Assembly (NCBI GenBank): GCA_951406725.2
Contig: OX597822.1
Coordinates: 12,400,001 to 12,464,000, forward strand
Length of the DNA stretch: 64,000 nucleotides
Direction: 5' to 3'
From: Octopus vulgaris
Lineage: Eukaryota
Position 1 is the first letter of the stretch. Each line of letters starts with the position of its first letter. Position numbers and translations under genes: made by a program. Of this stretch, positions 49,417 to 63,252 are shown piece by piece. Below the pieces are notes generated by a model. That model did no database searches. It worked only from the letters and a program-made list of their open reading frames with translations, and was not told the origin of the DNA.

Positions 49417-50859
49417 GCAATGAAAAACCACGGAAGGAATAAAGACTTGAGCCGCTAAATAGAGCTTGTATGACCCAGGCCAGTATCTATGAAGCCACCT
49501 TAAATTCTACGAGCGCAAATAACGCAATTTCATCGAAGAGATATTCGGTCTCACGGAGGGATTTCAAAGCAAGTTCAACAATCACATCTTAAGCTTCACA
49601 CACTGAGATAAACGAAAAACTACCAAATTATAAAGTTATTACAAACGAGATGAGGACAAATATCCGTCAAATGTAAATAATGTAAATAACGTATTGGAAG
49701 TATAGTTCCTATTTTAACCATTCACCACCGGGTCTTCGAACTGAAATATAAATTAGTATATCCATGAGCTATTTCCTTATTGTCGTCACATCCGTTTCTA
49801 ACGGTTTTATTAAAGCAACTTATAGGCTCTACCCTTCGGCTCTACCCTTGTCAGAATAAAGCTAAAAATACATGAGACCTTGCTTATTTACTCTTAACAC
49901 TTCCCAACAGTTTCGAACTTGAATAAACTAATCTCTATTATGCTTCGTCACAAGTATTGTGTATGCATAACACTCATTAATCCAGAATATATATCCTGGT
50001 TATCGCCATCTTGCGTTGTCGCCGTTCGCCATGCAAGTCACGATTTATTAGCTGTGGGCAGGTATCGGTACGGATCATCAAACGTTCGCTAATGTTATAA
50101 GCAAAAGCTTCCACTCTGAAATAATTCGTCAGGATGAATCTGGCGGACGATGGATCCCGTCGCTACAGAGTCGGTTGCGCTGATAAATTGTGTGTATTAA
50201 TGACAAATACACCATAATGAAGGAGCTGTTGTGCTGTGCGAAATACAGCAGCGATTAGCATATTCACGATAAAATCTCACAGAACATTTTCAGAATAAAT
50301 GCGTAACTCATTGTTTGGATTCTCGATATTTACCGTCAATATTTATTAAAAAAAAAAAGGTCTCGTCTAAATATCAGATACTGTGTTGATATTGTTTTGG
50401 TGAAGTTAGCTGTTCTTCAATCATATGATAAGTACCTGCTTCAAAGATAGTTTTAAGATTTTCAAATTCTTGTTTAGAAACCGAATATCCTTATCTTATT
50501 TTTACAAGATTGCAATCAAACAACAGGATGTCGTGCCAAGATCCGTTGAAAAATACTTAACACAATTTGACATTTGAATGAGAATTCAAAAATGGAATTT
50601 TATAAAACAATATCATAAAAAGATAATCATTAAAATAAATAATAATGATAAATTTATTTTCTAATGTATTGTGTATAATAAGTAATATGCGAGTGCTTTG
50701 TGTGTGTGTTTGTATAGAAGTAGCTATGCATACATGAATATATGTGCGGTAGTGTCTTTTGTATAACTTATAATATATATATATATGTATATAGATTTAA
50801 GTCTATACGAAAAAATGTTATAGGCAATATACGAATGTGTGAAGCTATATTAGATATAT

Positions 50860-51063
50860 TCTTTTCTAATCTAGGCACAAAACCCGAAATTTTGGGGGAG
50901 GGGGCAAGTTGATTAGATCGGTCCCAGTATGCAACTGGTACTTAATTTATCGATGATAAAAGGCAAAGTCGACCTCGGCGGAATTTGAGCTCAGAACGTA
51001 AGGACAGACGAAATACCGCTAGGCATTTCGCCCGGCGTGCTAACGTTTCTGCCAGCCCGCTGC
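50860..51063 (-). mobile_element. SINE family B
   Basis: Reverse-complement homolog of 44575-44772. Confidence 0.85.
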
Positions 51064-51415
51064 TTTACTATATTAGATAAATTAACTGAATTAAAGTCTA
51101 AGCTAAGAGCACTAGACCTATTTGTGTACAGCCACAGAGACAAAAGGAAACAAACAAAAAAAGAAAGACGTAGAACATGGTACACAATTACGAATAAAAA
51201 CAACAAGAAAATAACAACAGGTGTCTTTCGACTGGGAAGAAATGAAATTGAGCTGGCGTGTATGAAGTGAAAGCCTAAAGGCAGGAACATAGGGGATGGA
51301 CAAACTCGGTGTTGGCAGTCAGCAGTCAGGTCAAGAAAGATTATGGCTAGCCAGAGACCGGTCACGTGGATGGAGGAGAGATGGGTAGGGGACGTTGTGA
51401 ATGTATATATATATT

Positions 51416-51616
51416 GCTCTTTTACTCTTTACTCTTTTACTTGTTTCAGTCATTTGACTGCGGCCATGCTGGAGCACCACCTTTAGTCGAGCAAATCGAC
51501 CCCGGGACTTATTCTTTGTAACACCAGTACTTATCCTATCGGTCTCTTTTGCTAAGTGACGGGGACGTAAACACACCAGCATCGGTTGTCAAGCAATGCT
51601 AGGGGGACACACAAAC

Positions 51617-51647
<31 letters not shown>

Positions 51648-51819
51648 CATATATACGACAGGCTTCTTTCAGTTTCCGTCTACCAAATCCACTCACAAGG
51701 CATTGGTCTGCCTGGGGCTATAGCAGAAGACACTTGCCCAAGATGCCACGCAGTGGGACTGAACCCGGAACCATGTGGTTGGTTAGCAAGCTACTTACCA
51801 CACAGCCACTCCTGCGCCT
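51416..51819 (-). mobile_element. SINE family A, full length
   Basis: Match to 28452-28861. Confidence 0.9.
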
Positions 51820-51947
51820 ATTTGGATATATATATATATATATATATGTAAAAACGGTAAGATTTTAAAAGAAAGAAAGAGACCTCAATATTATGTAAGC
51901 AGAGGAAATTTATCTGTAAAATAATGTGACAATTATTCAATAGCCAA

Positions 51948-52006
51948 GATAAAACTGAGTTTCGGATGCCGAAGTGGAAATTCATAACACCATCTTTTCG
52001 GTTATC
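51948..52006 (-). ncRNA. Hammerhead-like motif (CCGAAAA core) in a short terminus ending at (TA)n ~51848
   Basis: Minus: gataa-CCGAAAA-gatg...catc-c-GAAA-ct(c)ag-TT-ttatc. 5-bp stem I. Confidence 0.55.
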
Positions 52007-54092
52007 TAGCCATACTGAGGCCTTTCTTCTTTCTATGGCTGTCTTCAGTTATGGCTTTATTGATCATTAGTTGCTCTTTACAGCCATATGAGCCTTTGCG
52101 GCATCCTTTCTGCTCTTCTGAAAACAGGTTGTTTTCATCCAGGTGCTTGTTCAATCTTTGTGATATTACTGCAGTAAATGCTTTGTACATTGTAGGGAGA
52201 CAGGTTATAGGTCTGTAGTTTTCTGGTTTTGCTGTCTCATTGGATTTGGGTATTAAGATGGTTTTCCCCTTCGTGAGCCATTCAGGCATTGTCTCTGGCC
52301 CTGCCAGTATGTTGTTAAAGTTTTCAGCCAGCTTTTTGTGCATTCCTGTTAAATATTTCATCCAGAAGTTGGGGATCTTGTCATGCCCAGGTGCCTTCCA
52401 GTTGCTTAGTCTTTGCAGTGCCTGGGTGACCTCTTCAGTTTTTATCGGGGTCCAAAGTTGCTCAGATGCTAAGTTTGTTGTTTTAATACTCCTTTTTTTG
52501 GTTGTTCATTCGCCAAACATATTTCATTCCAGAATTCTTCCACTTCTTCTGCCGTTGGTGATGCAGTGATCTCTATTTTATTTTTTATTTTTGCCAAGTT
52601 CTTGGTAGAACTTTTGGGGGTTGGAGTTGAACTGTTTGTTTTGTTCAAAGAAACGTTGGCTTTTCTCATACCGACGGATCCTTTGTGCTTTGGCAAGGAT
52701 ATCTTGCTTTAGCTTTTCTTTTATCTCAGCTAAATCTTTTTCTGTGATGTTGTATTTGCGGAGTATTTTTGTTTTCTTCTTGTTGCTTAGTAGCGCTGTC
52801 TACTAATTTCGTTAAGAATCGACAGATCTTTTCTCATTTTTTGTAAATTTTTTTTGGATGTTAGTTATCCACAGGGTTTGTTTGGGTGGTAGTACTCCTG
52901 TTTGGATGGGTTTGAGGGAGTATCCAGCTTCTTTTGTGGCTGCAGTGGCTGCTGCATATACTATGTCATTTAGCTCAGTGATATTGTTATTTGTTTCAGT
53001 GGCTATTTGATCCGTGACGGCTAGGTTTATGCTATTTTATAATTGATGTTGTTTTTTTGTCTATTTTGATTTTTGGGAGGTATGGTCGATGGTCCATTTT
53101 GAGATCTGTGGTTTTCAGTTCTTCTACTTTTTATATTATCATAATCATTGGGCTCTCCTTCGTTGTTTCCAGGTTTTAGATTTGTGTCGCTTTCTTTCTC
53201 ATTCGTATGTTTGTCTGTCGTGTTTTGGCTTGCTGCTGCTCGTGCATTATTATGCATCCTTAAGATCTGGTTCTGTTGTTTTTTGTTTACATCGTTTTTG
53301 TTGGGAATGTTACGTTTTACTATCTCAGTGTTCATATTATTTGGCATTGTTGTGTGGCTTCTATCTACATTTTCCTGATGCATTTTTTAAAAAAAATGTT
53401 CTATTTCTATTTCTGATATTTTTTTGCGTTGAGAATATATCTTCGTACGTTAGCTAGTTTATTAGGGTTCATTGCTGTATCCAAGTCTTTATTTATGTTA
53501 TTTTTCTTCCATATTTTATATGTATATGTTGTTGGGTTTTCGTTCTTTGGGTAGAGCACTGCTGTAAAGTAAGCGTGTAGGATTGAAATGTATTCCTCAC
53601 ATGTCCATTTATGCCTTTTTGGTTTTATTTGCGGGACATGAGGAACAACGTCCGGCCCATTATTTTGACGGTCGTCATTTTCGTAGGGTACCGGTCCGTT
53701 CATTTCTGTTGTCACATTGTTTTGCACGTGTAGTTTTTCGTACTTCTTGTGTAACAAATTTAAAGTACGTATTTCCTGATTGTTATTCTTGGGTTGAATA
53801 ATATCGGCATTATTTAATTTGTTCGTAGTTTTTTTGTACATGGTGTTTGGGACCGGAGATGATCTGATGTTGATGGATCGTAATGTATCAAGCATATTTA
53901 CATGTTGTGCTGTGTTAGAGGTTAAACTACATCATTTCCTTTGGAAAATAGTAATAAATTACTTACTCGGATATAGTCCAATCCTTTGTCAGTTACTTTT
54001 TGGCTCCATGCGATGTCTTTGTTTCTGATGTTTGAGGATAGATTTCGGATCACTGTTTTATCGCTCTCACATGTTAATTAACGTCCCCGGTG

Positions 54093-54094
<2 letters not shown>
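52007..54094 (-). mobile_element. Dong/R4 copy, 5' half only
   Basis: Collinear with ~24420-26030 (KPKRHKW, PEWLTKGKTILIPK, NYRPITCLP, EQKGC). It extends ~370 bp further 5' to (TAA)n and stops at KKGLSMA. Confidence 0.93.
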
Positions 54095-54151
<57 letters not shown>

Positions 54152-54319
54152 CATCATTATTATTATATTATAGGAAAGATAACAAGGAAAGAGACAGAGA
54201 GAGAGAGAGAGAGAGAATAGCGAAGACGGATCTTTGAGAAAACTGTAACAGTAATAATAACGATTTATTCAGTTCGTCTTTCGCGTACGTCACATTCAAC
54301 TCCACACACATGCACATAC

Positions 54320-54376
<57 letters not shown>

Positions 54377-54893
54377 GATGAAAAATAGGGAGAGGGAAAA
54401 ATTACCAGTGAAAGCAGAAATGACGAATCCAACCATATTATAATGAAATGCAAACGTGAAAACCTAATTATAACATTATGGAAAACGAATAAAATATGAT
54501 AAATGACGTATAATTTCGGGAATAAAGCAAATAGGTGCAATATTGGAGAGAAATTTTAAAAGAATCCCAAATTCACTTTTTATATTTCTCATTAAATTTA
54601 ACCGTTCTATAAGGATAGGTTTTACAAAAATACCATTGGTTGGTCTTGTTTCCTCATATGAATTTCACTTTTGTTATGTGTTGTGAATGATTTTCATTTC
54701 TTTCTTTTTTCTTGTCCGTCAGATATTTACTTCCTACATATTTTCCACTATTAGCATTTGATATATCCACCCACAACACGGAGGGAGATAAACATATATA
54801 TGTACATATATGCTGGCAAATGAACACATACATAAATATATGGATATATACATTTCCTACAAGATAGACATATATATATATATATGTGTGTAT

Positions 54894-54941
<48 letters not shown>

Positions 54942-55344
54942 ACAGTGTACATTTAAACATATAAGGGGCATCCATCATAGGATTCCTTGCACGCTAGACA
55001 CACCAGTTAAATTCCAAAACACTATTAGGGATAAAACTTCGAAGAGAATGAAAAATAAAAACATTTACCATCTAAATCCTGGACCATGATTTCAGCCTTT
55101 TTTAGCAAACGAAAGAATTTGCTAGGGGAAGTCTTCTTCAGCAGGTAGACCTAAGATTAAACATATATACGCGAGTAAATCCAGTATATGTCCCGAGCTT
55201 ATACATTCTAATTTTTCAACATTTACCGCGCAAGGTGAGAGAGTTGGTATGTGAAAGCACGTGGTTGGATGTATAATAAACAATAAAAAAGTGAAAAAAC
55301 TGCAGAAGGCTTGTGTTATATGGTTATAGAATATATTTAAATCC

Positions 55345-55545
55345 TTATCCTCCACTATAATCATTACAAGAACTGTTGACTGTGTTAGCTGAAAAATGGA
55401 CAAAAATTTCTTTGGAAACAATCCAGACTTTGTACGAATCCATGTCTCATAGAATTCAAGCTGTAATTATTGCCAAAGAGGGTCCTACCCCACATTAAAA
55501 TTAATTTCTTTGAAATTTTAAGGAACATCCATTATTTTGTTCGAA
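55345..55545 (+). mobile_element. Tc1-like transposase C-terminal remnant
   Basis: 55361-55498 reads SLQELLTVLAEKWTKISLETIQTLYESMSHRIQAVIIAKEGPTPH*, matching the Tc1 SMPxRxxAVIxAKGGxTxY terminus. Confidence 0.8.
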
Positions 55546-55611
<66 letters not shown>

Positions 55612-55613
<2 letters not shown>

Positions 55614-55822
55614 AGTTAATCCAAACAAGAAAGCGCAAAAAAAAAAAACAATGCGAGGACGTGGAACAAATATTGTATTATTGGACGCTCATGAAAGAAA
55701 GAAAGAAGGAGGGTTTAACGTTTCGAGCGGAGCTCTTCGTCGGAAACATAGGAGAAGGAAAGATCCAGAGAAGGGAAGACAGAGGAAAAAAAATCGCCAA
55801 CGGTACACACGCGGTCACATTT
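55612..55822 (-). mobile_element. PLE terminus family P1
   Basis: Homolog of 4165-4360; ends in (TA)n. Confidence 0.65.
55713..55747 (-). ncRNA. Hammerhead ribozyme type I, CCGACGA core variant
   Basis: Identical to 4271-4305. Confidence 0.7.
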
Positions 55823-55888
55823 TGAATGACCATATATGCATATACATACATACACAGAGACGGAAAAAGAAAGAAGCCCATCTTATAA

Positions 55889-55943
<55 letters not shown>

Positions 55944-56205
55944 TGTGTGTTCATCTCTCATCACCAGATCACAACTAGTGACGTTATATTTACACCCCAT
56001 AATGCAGCGACTAAAGACTCTGTCCCGACATGTCTTCTGTCCAAAGACCAAGCTAAGTAAAATATAAAAGATTAACCACTCTGAAACTATCAATCTCTTT
56101 TCTTTTTTTCCTTACGTCATTCTTTAACGAAATCAGTCAACTTCGCGTCTTGTTTTACATAAGTCGCTTTTGTATAATTTTCTTTTATCGACGGTTAGCT
56201 CTAAT

Positions 56206-56273
<68 letters not shown>

Positions 56274-56357
56274 TACACACAAACACACATACACACACGC
56301 ACACACACACACACGGACATATTTATGTATATATAAATACACCTCTCTCTCTCTCTC

Positions 56358-56405
<48 letters not shown>

Positions 56406-56488
56406 TGTATATGCGTATGTATGCAGAAATACATACATATACATATTTATATGTATATATATAAAGATATCTATATATGTATATATTA

Positions 56489-56520
<32 letters not shown>

Positions 56521-57149
56521 GTAAGATATGCATATAATATATATACGTGTGCATATATAAGTCTTTATCTACCCGTGCACACTGATATATGTGTCTTTGT
56601 TGTGTGAAAGGAAATCGAACGGCGTAATCGTATAATAGGTTAATCGTTTCCAATACAAAAGAATAACATCCAGCTAAACCAGTTTCTCGCTTGCAAAGTG
56701 AGTCCTGAACAAATAAATCATGCACGATATCTATTTACTACGTGTATCCCTAATGGCAAAACTTGGTCAGCAAGAAAACTTAACAAAATTATGCGCTCGC
56801 ACGCGCACACACACCTCTGCGAGTGCACACAAACATATATTGTATTGTTGCTATCAAATCATGTAGTTATCATATTTCGATGTTTCTTGTCAGAGAAGGT
56901 CGCCGTTGCTGTCTCAGGACGACTCCGTGGTTAATATGTTGGATTCGTTCCTAACTGTATTCAGTGTACTCACCCTCTGCGTATAGCATAGTCTCAATTT
57001 AAACTATTAAGGTCATAGCGTCCGTTATCCGGGGGCCCCGTCATATATATATATATATAGAGAGAGAGAGGTGTCTCTATGCATATCTATATATATGCAT
57101 ATATATATATATACACACACATATATATACATTTATATGTATATAGTTA

Positions 57150-57239
<90 letters not shown>

Positions 57240-57247
<8 letters not shown>

Positions 57248-57644
57248 TAAATACATTGAGGAAACAAACATACATATATACATATAATTATATATATATA
57301 AGTAAATAGTGGGGTTGTGTTAACCGCACGTGGAGAAATGATAGGAAAGGAAAAATTATAAGGTAGAATGCTAAATTCAAAGTAAATATTAATAAAAATG
57401 GGTGTATGAAAAATCAAAAAGAAAAAATAATAAATCAAATCGATTTTCATTGCAAGGCAAATTTTCAAGATTTAGAAGGGGAAATTTTTTTTTTTAATTG
57501 AGGAAGTGGGAAAAAATTTACAATGTTTTTTCAAAAAAATAATAATACATATATACAAAGATTAATAAATAATTATACCAATCCATTGTAGAGACCCTAT
57601 GCTTTATGTAGATATGTATGTTTGTTTTCTTCAATGTATTGATA

Positions 57645-57650
<6 letters not shown>
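57240..57650. mobile_element. TA-flanked element with ~45 bp imperfect terminal inverted repeats
   Basis: tatgcacataaatacattgaggaaacaaacatacatat versus atatgtatgtttgttttcttcaatgtattgatatgcata. Confidence 0.5.
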
Positions 57651-57681
<31 letters not shown>

Positions 57682-57685
<4 letters not shown>

Positions 57686-57786
57686 TTGTATACTGTCAAT
57701 CTAACAAGAACGTGACAGTAGGGGCTATACAGCGGTGGTGTACCACCTACTGTCACGTTCTTGTTGGATTGACAGTATACAACCAT
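57682..57786. repeat. 41-bp stem, 23-nt loop hairpin
   Basis: 57682-57722 pairs with 57746-57786, with one T:G. Confidence 0.9.
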
Positions 57787-57843
57787 TCTATCGCCCCACC
57801 ACCGTACATGTCTCTACGAGAGATTTAGAAATTCAATATTTCT

Positions 57844-57877
<34 letters not shown>

Positions 57878-57878
<1 letters not shown>

Positions 57879-58262
57879 TAGCATTATCGCCCGGCGTTGC
57901 TCGGGTTTGTAAGGGAAATAACTATATAAATATTTTTAGAGATGTAAAGTATAATAGCCATCTCAATATGGCTAACCACAAGGGGGGGGGTTACTGTAGC
58001 TTTTTACGTTCTGAGATTTAATAATAAATTTTTAGAGAGTTACTTCCCTTATATATGCCAAAATGCATTAAAAATGAGAAAAATTTATGGTAAATTTTTT
58101 TTTTTTAATCGTAGACGCGCGCTAATACCCAGAAGGGCTCGATATGAATCACGACTATAAGATACCCGGTTTTGGTTAAACTGCACCGCAAAATGTGGGA
58201 GTAATTAGGAATCTAAATCGCAGGAGACAGACAGCACACCACCTCACTTTTATATATAAAGA
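57878..58262 (-). mobile_element. Complete non-autonomous Helitron
   Basis: Minus: A|TCtttatatataaaag ... cccg(agcaacgc)cggg-cgataatg-CTAG|T. No target-site duplication. Confidence 0.85.
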
Positions 58263-58554
58263 TATACATACATACATACATACATACATACATACATACA
58301 TACATACATACATACATACATTCGGCACGCGGTTTTGGGTAGCCTCTTACTATTTTCTCCTCACGCTGCTGCATTACTACAATCATGCAATCGCTTTCTT
58401 GATGTTTTCTATGGGACGTGTCCGATCCGTTCCAGCGTTTGCGTCTTAAACCGATGGTACTGGAGGGGCCCTATCAAGATCACAACTTTTCGAGTGAAAC
58501 ACATAAAACTATAAAGGAGTATGTATGAATGTATATCTGTTTGTCTGTCTGTCA

Positions 58555-58875
58555 AGCGTGGCTGTGTGGTAAGTAGCTTGCTTACCAACCACATGCGTGA
58601 CACCACGGGCCGATCAAAGTCTTGTGATTTGGTAGACGGAAACTGATAGAAACCCATTGTATATATATACATATGCTTGTGTGTCTGTATTTGTCCCCCA
58701 CCCACCCATAGGTTGACAACCGACGTTAGTGTGTTTACGTACCGGTAAGCTAGCGGTTCAGCATAACAGACTGGTAGAATAAGTTCTAGAGTTACAAAGA
58801 ATACGTCCTACGGTCGATTCGTTCGATTGAAGGTGGTACTCCGTCTGTCAAATATCTGAAAGAAATCAGAGAATA
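58555..58875 (+). mobile_element. SINE family A, diverged
   Basis: tggctgtgtggtaagtagcttgcttaccaaccacatg head. Confidence 0.8.
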
Positions 58876-58970
58876 AAGTCAATTCAAATATACGAATAAA
58901 AATAATACTAACAAACTACAAGAAACCGTGACAAGAAATGTATTAGCCTGACGCTCGGTAAAAAAAGAGA

Positions 58971-59005
58971 GACTGACGTTTCGAGCATAGCTCTTCGTCG
59001 GAAAG
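58971..59005 (-). ncRNA. Hammerhead motif, CCGACGA variant (P1-related)
   Basis: Minus: cttt-CCGACGA-a-gagc(tat)gctc-GAAA-cg-TC-agtc. GUC site, weak stem I. Confidence 0.55.
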
Positions 59006-61955
59006 GGGAAAAGGAAAAGTCGAAAGAAGGAGGATAAATAGTCAATAGTACGTGTATACTTACATTGCTACCGGAAGTGAAAGCCATAGAGAATGTGATT
59101 GTTTGGGTCAGGAGTTTGTGAAGATCAGGAGTTGTGAGGTAAGGGAGAAAGAAGAGAAAAGAAAGAGAAATGAAGGGACAGTGAAGTCGAGAAAAGTGAA
59201 GTGGAAGGGTCAGGAACAAATTAAAATGCTTCACAAACAAGGGTGCAGAAACAACATGTTCCGAAGGAGTTTGAAGGTAACGTAATCCAAGGGTACAGTA
59301 AGAAAATCCATGAGTCATCCTCCTCCTCCCCCTCATCGTCTAACGTCCGCCTTCCATGTTGGCGTGGATAGAACAATCAGGTACTCTAAATCTGTACATC
59401 CCGCTACATCCTTCTTGCTAGCCGTAACTTATGTAGTTACGTTAGAAATAATCATGCCATAGATTGTACTATTTTCTACATGTATGTTAAAACGAGCGGT
59501 TGCTTTAGCAATATACATCGGATATTAGAGAGAACAAATATCACTTATCAATTTTTCTATGTTAGAACATTATTATGGAGTATAACAGAATAGAGAATAT
59601 TTCATTTTCTAATCGAACATTCTCTCACATTACACGAGTATATCTCAATTTTTCAAGCTATTATAGTGTGGCAGTTTCCCTATTTCAGTGAACGCTTTTC
59701 CCAAGTGTACACTCGTTATGTTATGATAAAGAGAGAAAATCATAGTCTAAGCTAGAGACAATTTTAGCATAATTGGGTAGTAAAACTTATCAGCTTCCTC
59801 CAAAATCTTGATGGGTTACAGACGTGGTATTACAATACTACTAAACAACAATAGCAACAGTCAGCAACAACAACAGAAACAGCAAAGCATTTCTGAAACG
59901 AGTCAGAAATTTATATGAAAATAAATGTCAAAATATCGTTGACAAATGATCGTCACGAAGATATGTGATATTTATCTGCAGACATTGGAAGAAAGATACT
60001 GGACAAATATTGTTATAAAGAGTCAAATAACACATACACACAACAAAAGAAACACACCGTGAACAGTAATCGATATATCCAATTCTTTCAGATATAAATA
60101 TTTTCATAAAGAACTAGACTAGATTTATCAAAATATAACAAGTTAAAACACGGATGTTGCAGGTGTATTTCATATCATGATCGAGTTATAACCTCATGTA
60201 TCAATTCTACTTTATCGATCTAGAAAGTTATCTCCAGTTTGATTTGAAATAAAGAAAGTGTTTGAATTAACTTCTGTTACTGAGATTGTATTTAAGTTCA
60301 TTTAAAAGTATTCATCCGTTAGATTACCAAAAGGAACATAGCGACTACCTTGTATATCACCATTGTTTTACTCCTTGAGCAAGTAAAATGTATCATTACT
60401 TGTTGTTATGATAAATATATATCTTTTATTTCTCTTTAAATGATAAATATTCACAGCCGTACAAACAGTGATTGAAGAGTGGAGTGGAAGGAATTTTTTT
60501 CCGACTGTACACCTATTTTGCATAGTCAGTACAAACTGGACCTCAAAAGAACACAGCCACGACCTTTTCGTTGAATTACACTCTACTAAGAGTATTTGCG
60601 GCATCCACGCTCTTTTCTTCAACCAAATCTTACTTAATAAACATCGCTGAACTCGATAGATTGTCATTAAGTATTTCCTCAATTTATTACACTGCGAGTT
60701 CGATTACAAAACTACGCAGGCATATGCCAGAAGGCATTTTAATCTACATTCTAACAGCTAGGCCATTTTGTCGGGTTCTCCCTATGCCCGGCTTCGAATA
60801 TTTTTGGTAATTTTTGCGTATGGACTATACAAACATATTTCAACTTTTCAGTGGTTCTAATCCTGTGGCTTTTCAGTTCCCATATGTATATTCTATCTAT
60901 TATTGTCATATCCTTCATTAGACCGTTTCTATCCTAAACCTATTGTCATTCTCTCATGCGTTACATTTCTATGGTTCTATAACTCAACATTTCCCATGAA
61001 CAATTGCGAGGGACGGGGTGAACTTGATAATGATTTTGGTGCAATTCTTAAACGAATAGGGGACTGCAAAAGGCATCCATCATGTGACTTTAGATGCTGA
61101 TATCTTTTTATATATTTAGTTCATTCCGTATACGAAGTTGTCAATTACAATGTTCCGCATCAGCCAGGAGGGTGAATGATGATTGTATCAATTCTGGATC
61201 AACAAATCTGTATTTTGCACCATTAGTGCAATTTTGCTTAAATAGATTGAAACAAATATTTCGAAATCGAATCAAATTTATTTGGCGAAATATATTGCAG
61301 CTTAGGATAAAATATATACAAAATTCTAACTGTTTTTGTCACATAATATGATAGCTGAAACTGCAGATGCTTCGAAATAAAGTTAAGAACAGTTCTCTGC
61401 AGATCTGTACGTGTCTCTAACAAGATATGGAGTGGTTAATTATTGTCTCTCGTTCACACGACGCATCTTTTATTGCTCTGCAAACTCTGGAATATTAGTT
61501 AAGCTAAGAATCCCAGAATTTTGACTATTCGCAACATATCTGTCTCAGGCGTTCCAACTGGCAACCTAAACCCGTTCCTCATTTTAATGCAAACCCATTT
61601 ATTTGCTACAGTTCACGCTACATAGCACCACTTACACTGTTTTCCATAGTCTATGATGAAAGACAATTGTACGAAAAGTCATACTCTCTACACATCGCAA
61701 CGAACGAACTGACCGATCTGGTCTATGGTAGATCCTATTAAAATTAATTGATACAATCTCTTCTTCCAAATCTTCCTAAATACTTGAATATTTATTAAAG
61801 CATAGATACAGTACGTTAGTGTGTGATGGTCTCTTTAGAATTTCTGAAAAAACTTTGTCAATTAAATATTTAAAAGCAAATATTAATGCCATTTTCATCA
61901 GCATTACCTCCCCTCCTCTCCTCGTCGTCTTAGTTGTTGTTGCTGTTATTATTAT

Positions 61956-62014
<59 letters not shown>

Positions 62015-62564
62015 TTGAGTGAGAGAGCAGCGCAAGCAATCAAAGTGACACTAGGGTACAAATATACGAAGCCAGGGATACTCATCATGACTACCCGTCT
62101 GATAACGGTACCCCAGTTACAAGCATCACAACCATATGTGCGTGACATGCTGATCTCATATCAAGATAAACAGCGTATGACATTGCAAGTGGGGCCCAGT
62201 TAGAATTGTCTTCATATTGAGTAGCCCATCCTGTTCAAAAGGTCCCTGAATAAGGGTTGTCTGAGGATGTTGAACGAAAAACCCATGTTTCCAGAGGTGA
62301 ATTATACAAACCTCAAAGAATTCCTCTCAACACTTGACCACTCTACTACTTCTGCTCATAATTAGAGATGTACATATCGTCAACCACTATGGGAGACAAG
62401 CTCAACTGTTTATGGTCAAACAACTAACAAGCAACTCTGTGGTATTGAGCAGAATATTTGTTGTAGCCAATTTTTTACCAATACAAAACAATGTACATGG
62501 TAATACTTCAAATCAGTTAAGAAGCCATGAGAGCCACTGCCTGGTACTGCATCAGGGCATTTAT

Positions 62565-63109
62565 TTCTTTTTCTTCTTCTTATTTTTCTTCTTCTTCTTC
62601 TTCTTCTTCTTCTTCTTCTTCTTCTTCTTCTTCTTCTTCTTCTTCTTCTTTTTCTTCTTCTTCTTCTTTTTCTTCTTCTACTTCTTCTTCTTCAATTTCT
62701 TCTTTTTCTTCTCCTTCTTCTTCTTCATCTTCTCCTTCTTTTTCTTCATCTTCTTATTTTTCTTCTTCTACTTCTTCTTCTTCTTCTTCTTCTCCTTCTT
62801 CTTCTTCTTCTCCTTCTTTTTCTTCTTCTTCTTATTTTTCTTCTTCTTCTTCTTCTTCTTCTTCTTTTTCTTCTTCTTCTTCTTTTTCTTCTTCTTCTTC
62901 TTCGTCTTCTTCTTTTTCTTGTTCTTCTGCTCCTTCTGCTTCTTCTCCTCCTTATCTTCTTGCTCTTCTTATTCTTCTTCTTTCTCCTCCTCTCACTTCT
63001 TCTTATCATCATCATCATCACTACTAAGACCACCATCATTATCGTCATCATCAACACCACCATCATCATCATCATCCTCACCACTACCACCAACAACAAC
63101 AACACCACC

Positions 63110-63140
<31 letters not shown>

Positions 63141-63177
63141 GCAGCAGCAGCAGCAGAAGCAGTAGCAGCAGCAGTAA

Positions 63178-63252
<75 letters not shown>
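62565..63252. repeat. (TTC)n-(CAT/CAC)n-(CAG)n-(TAG)n compound microsatellite
   Basis: Direct reading. Confidence 0.95.

Noticed and set aside
53990-54094. Possible HDV-like ribozyme at the Dong 5' end
   Set aside because: No nested double pseudoknot was found by eye; the copy may be truncated.
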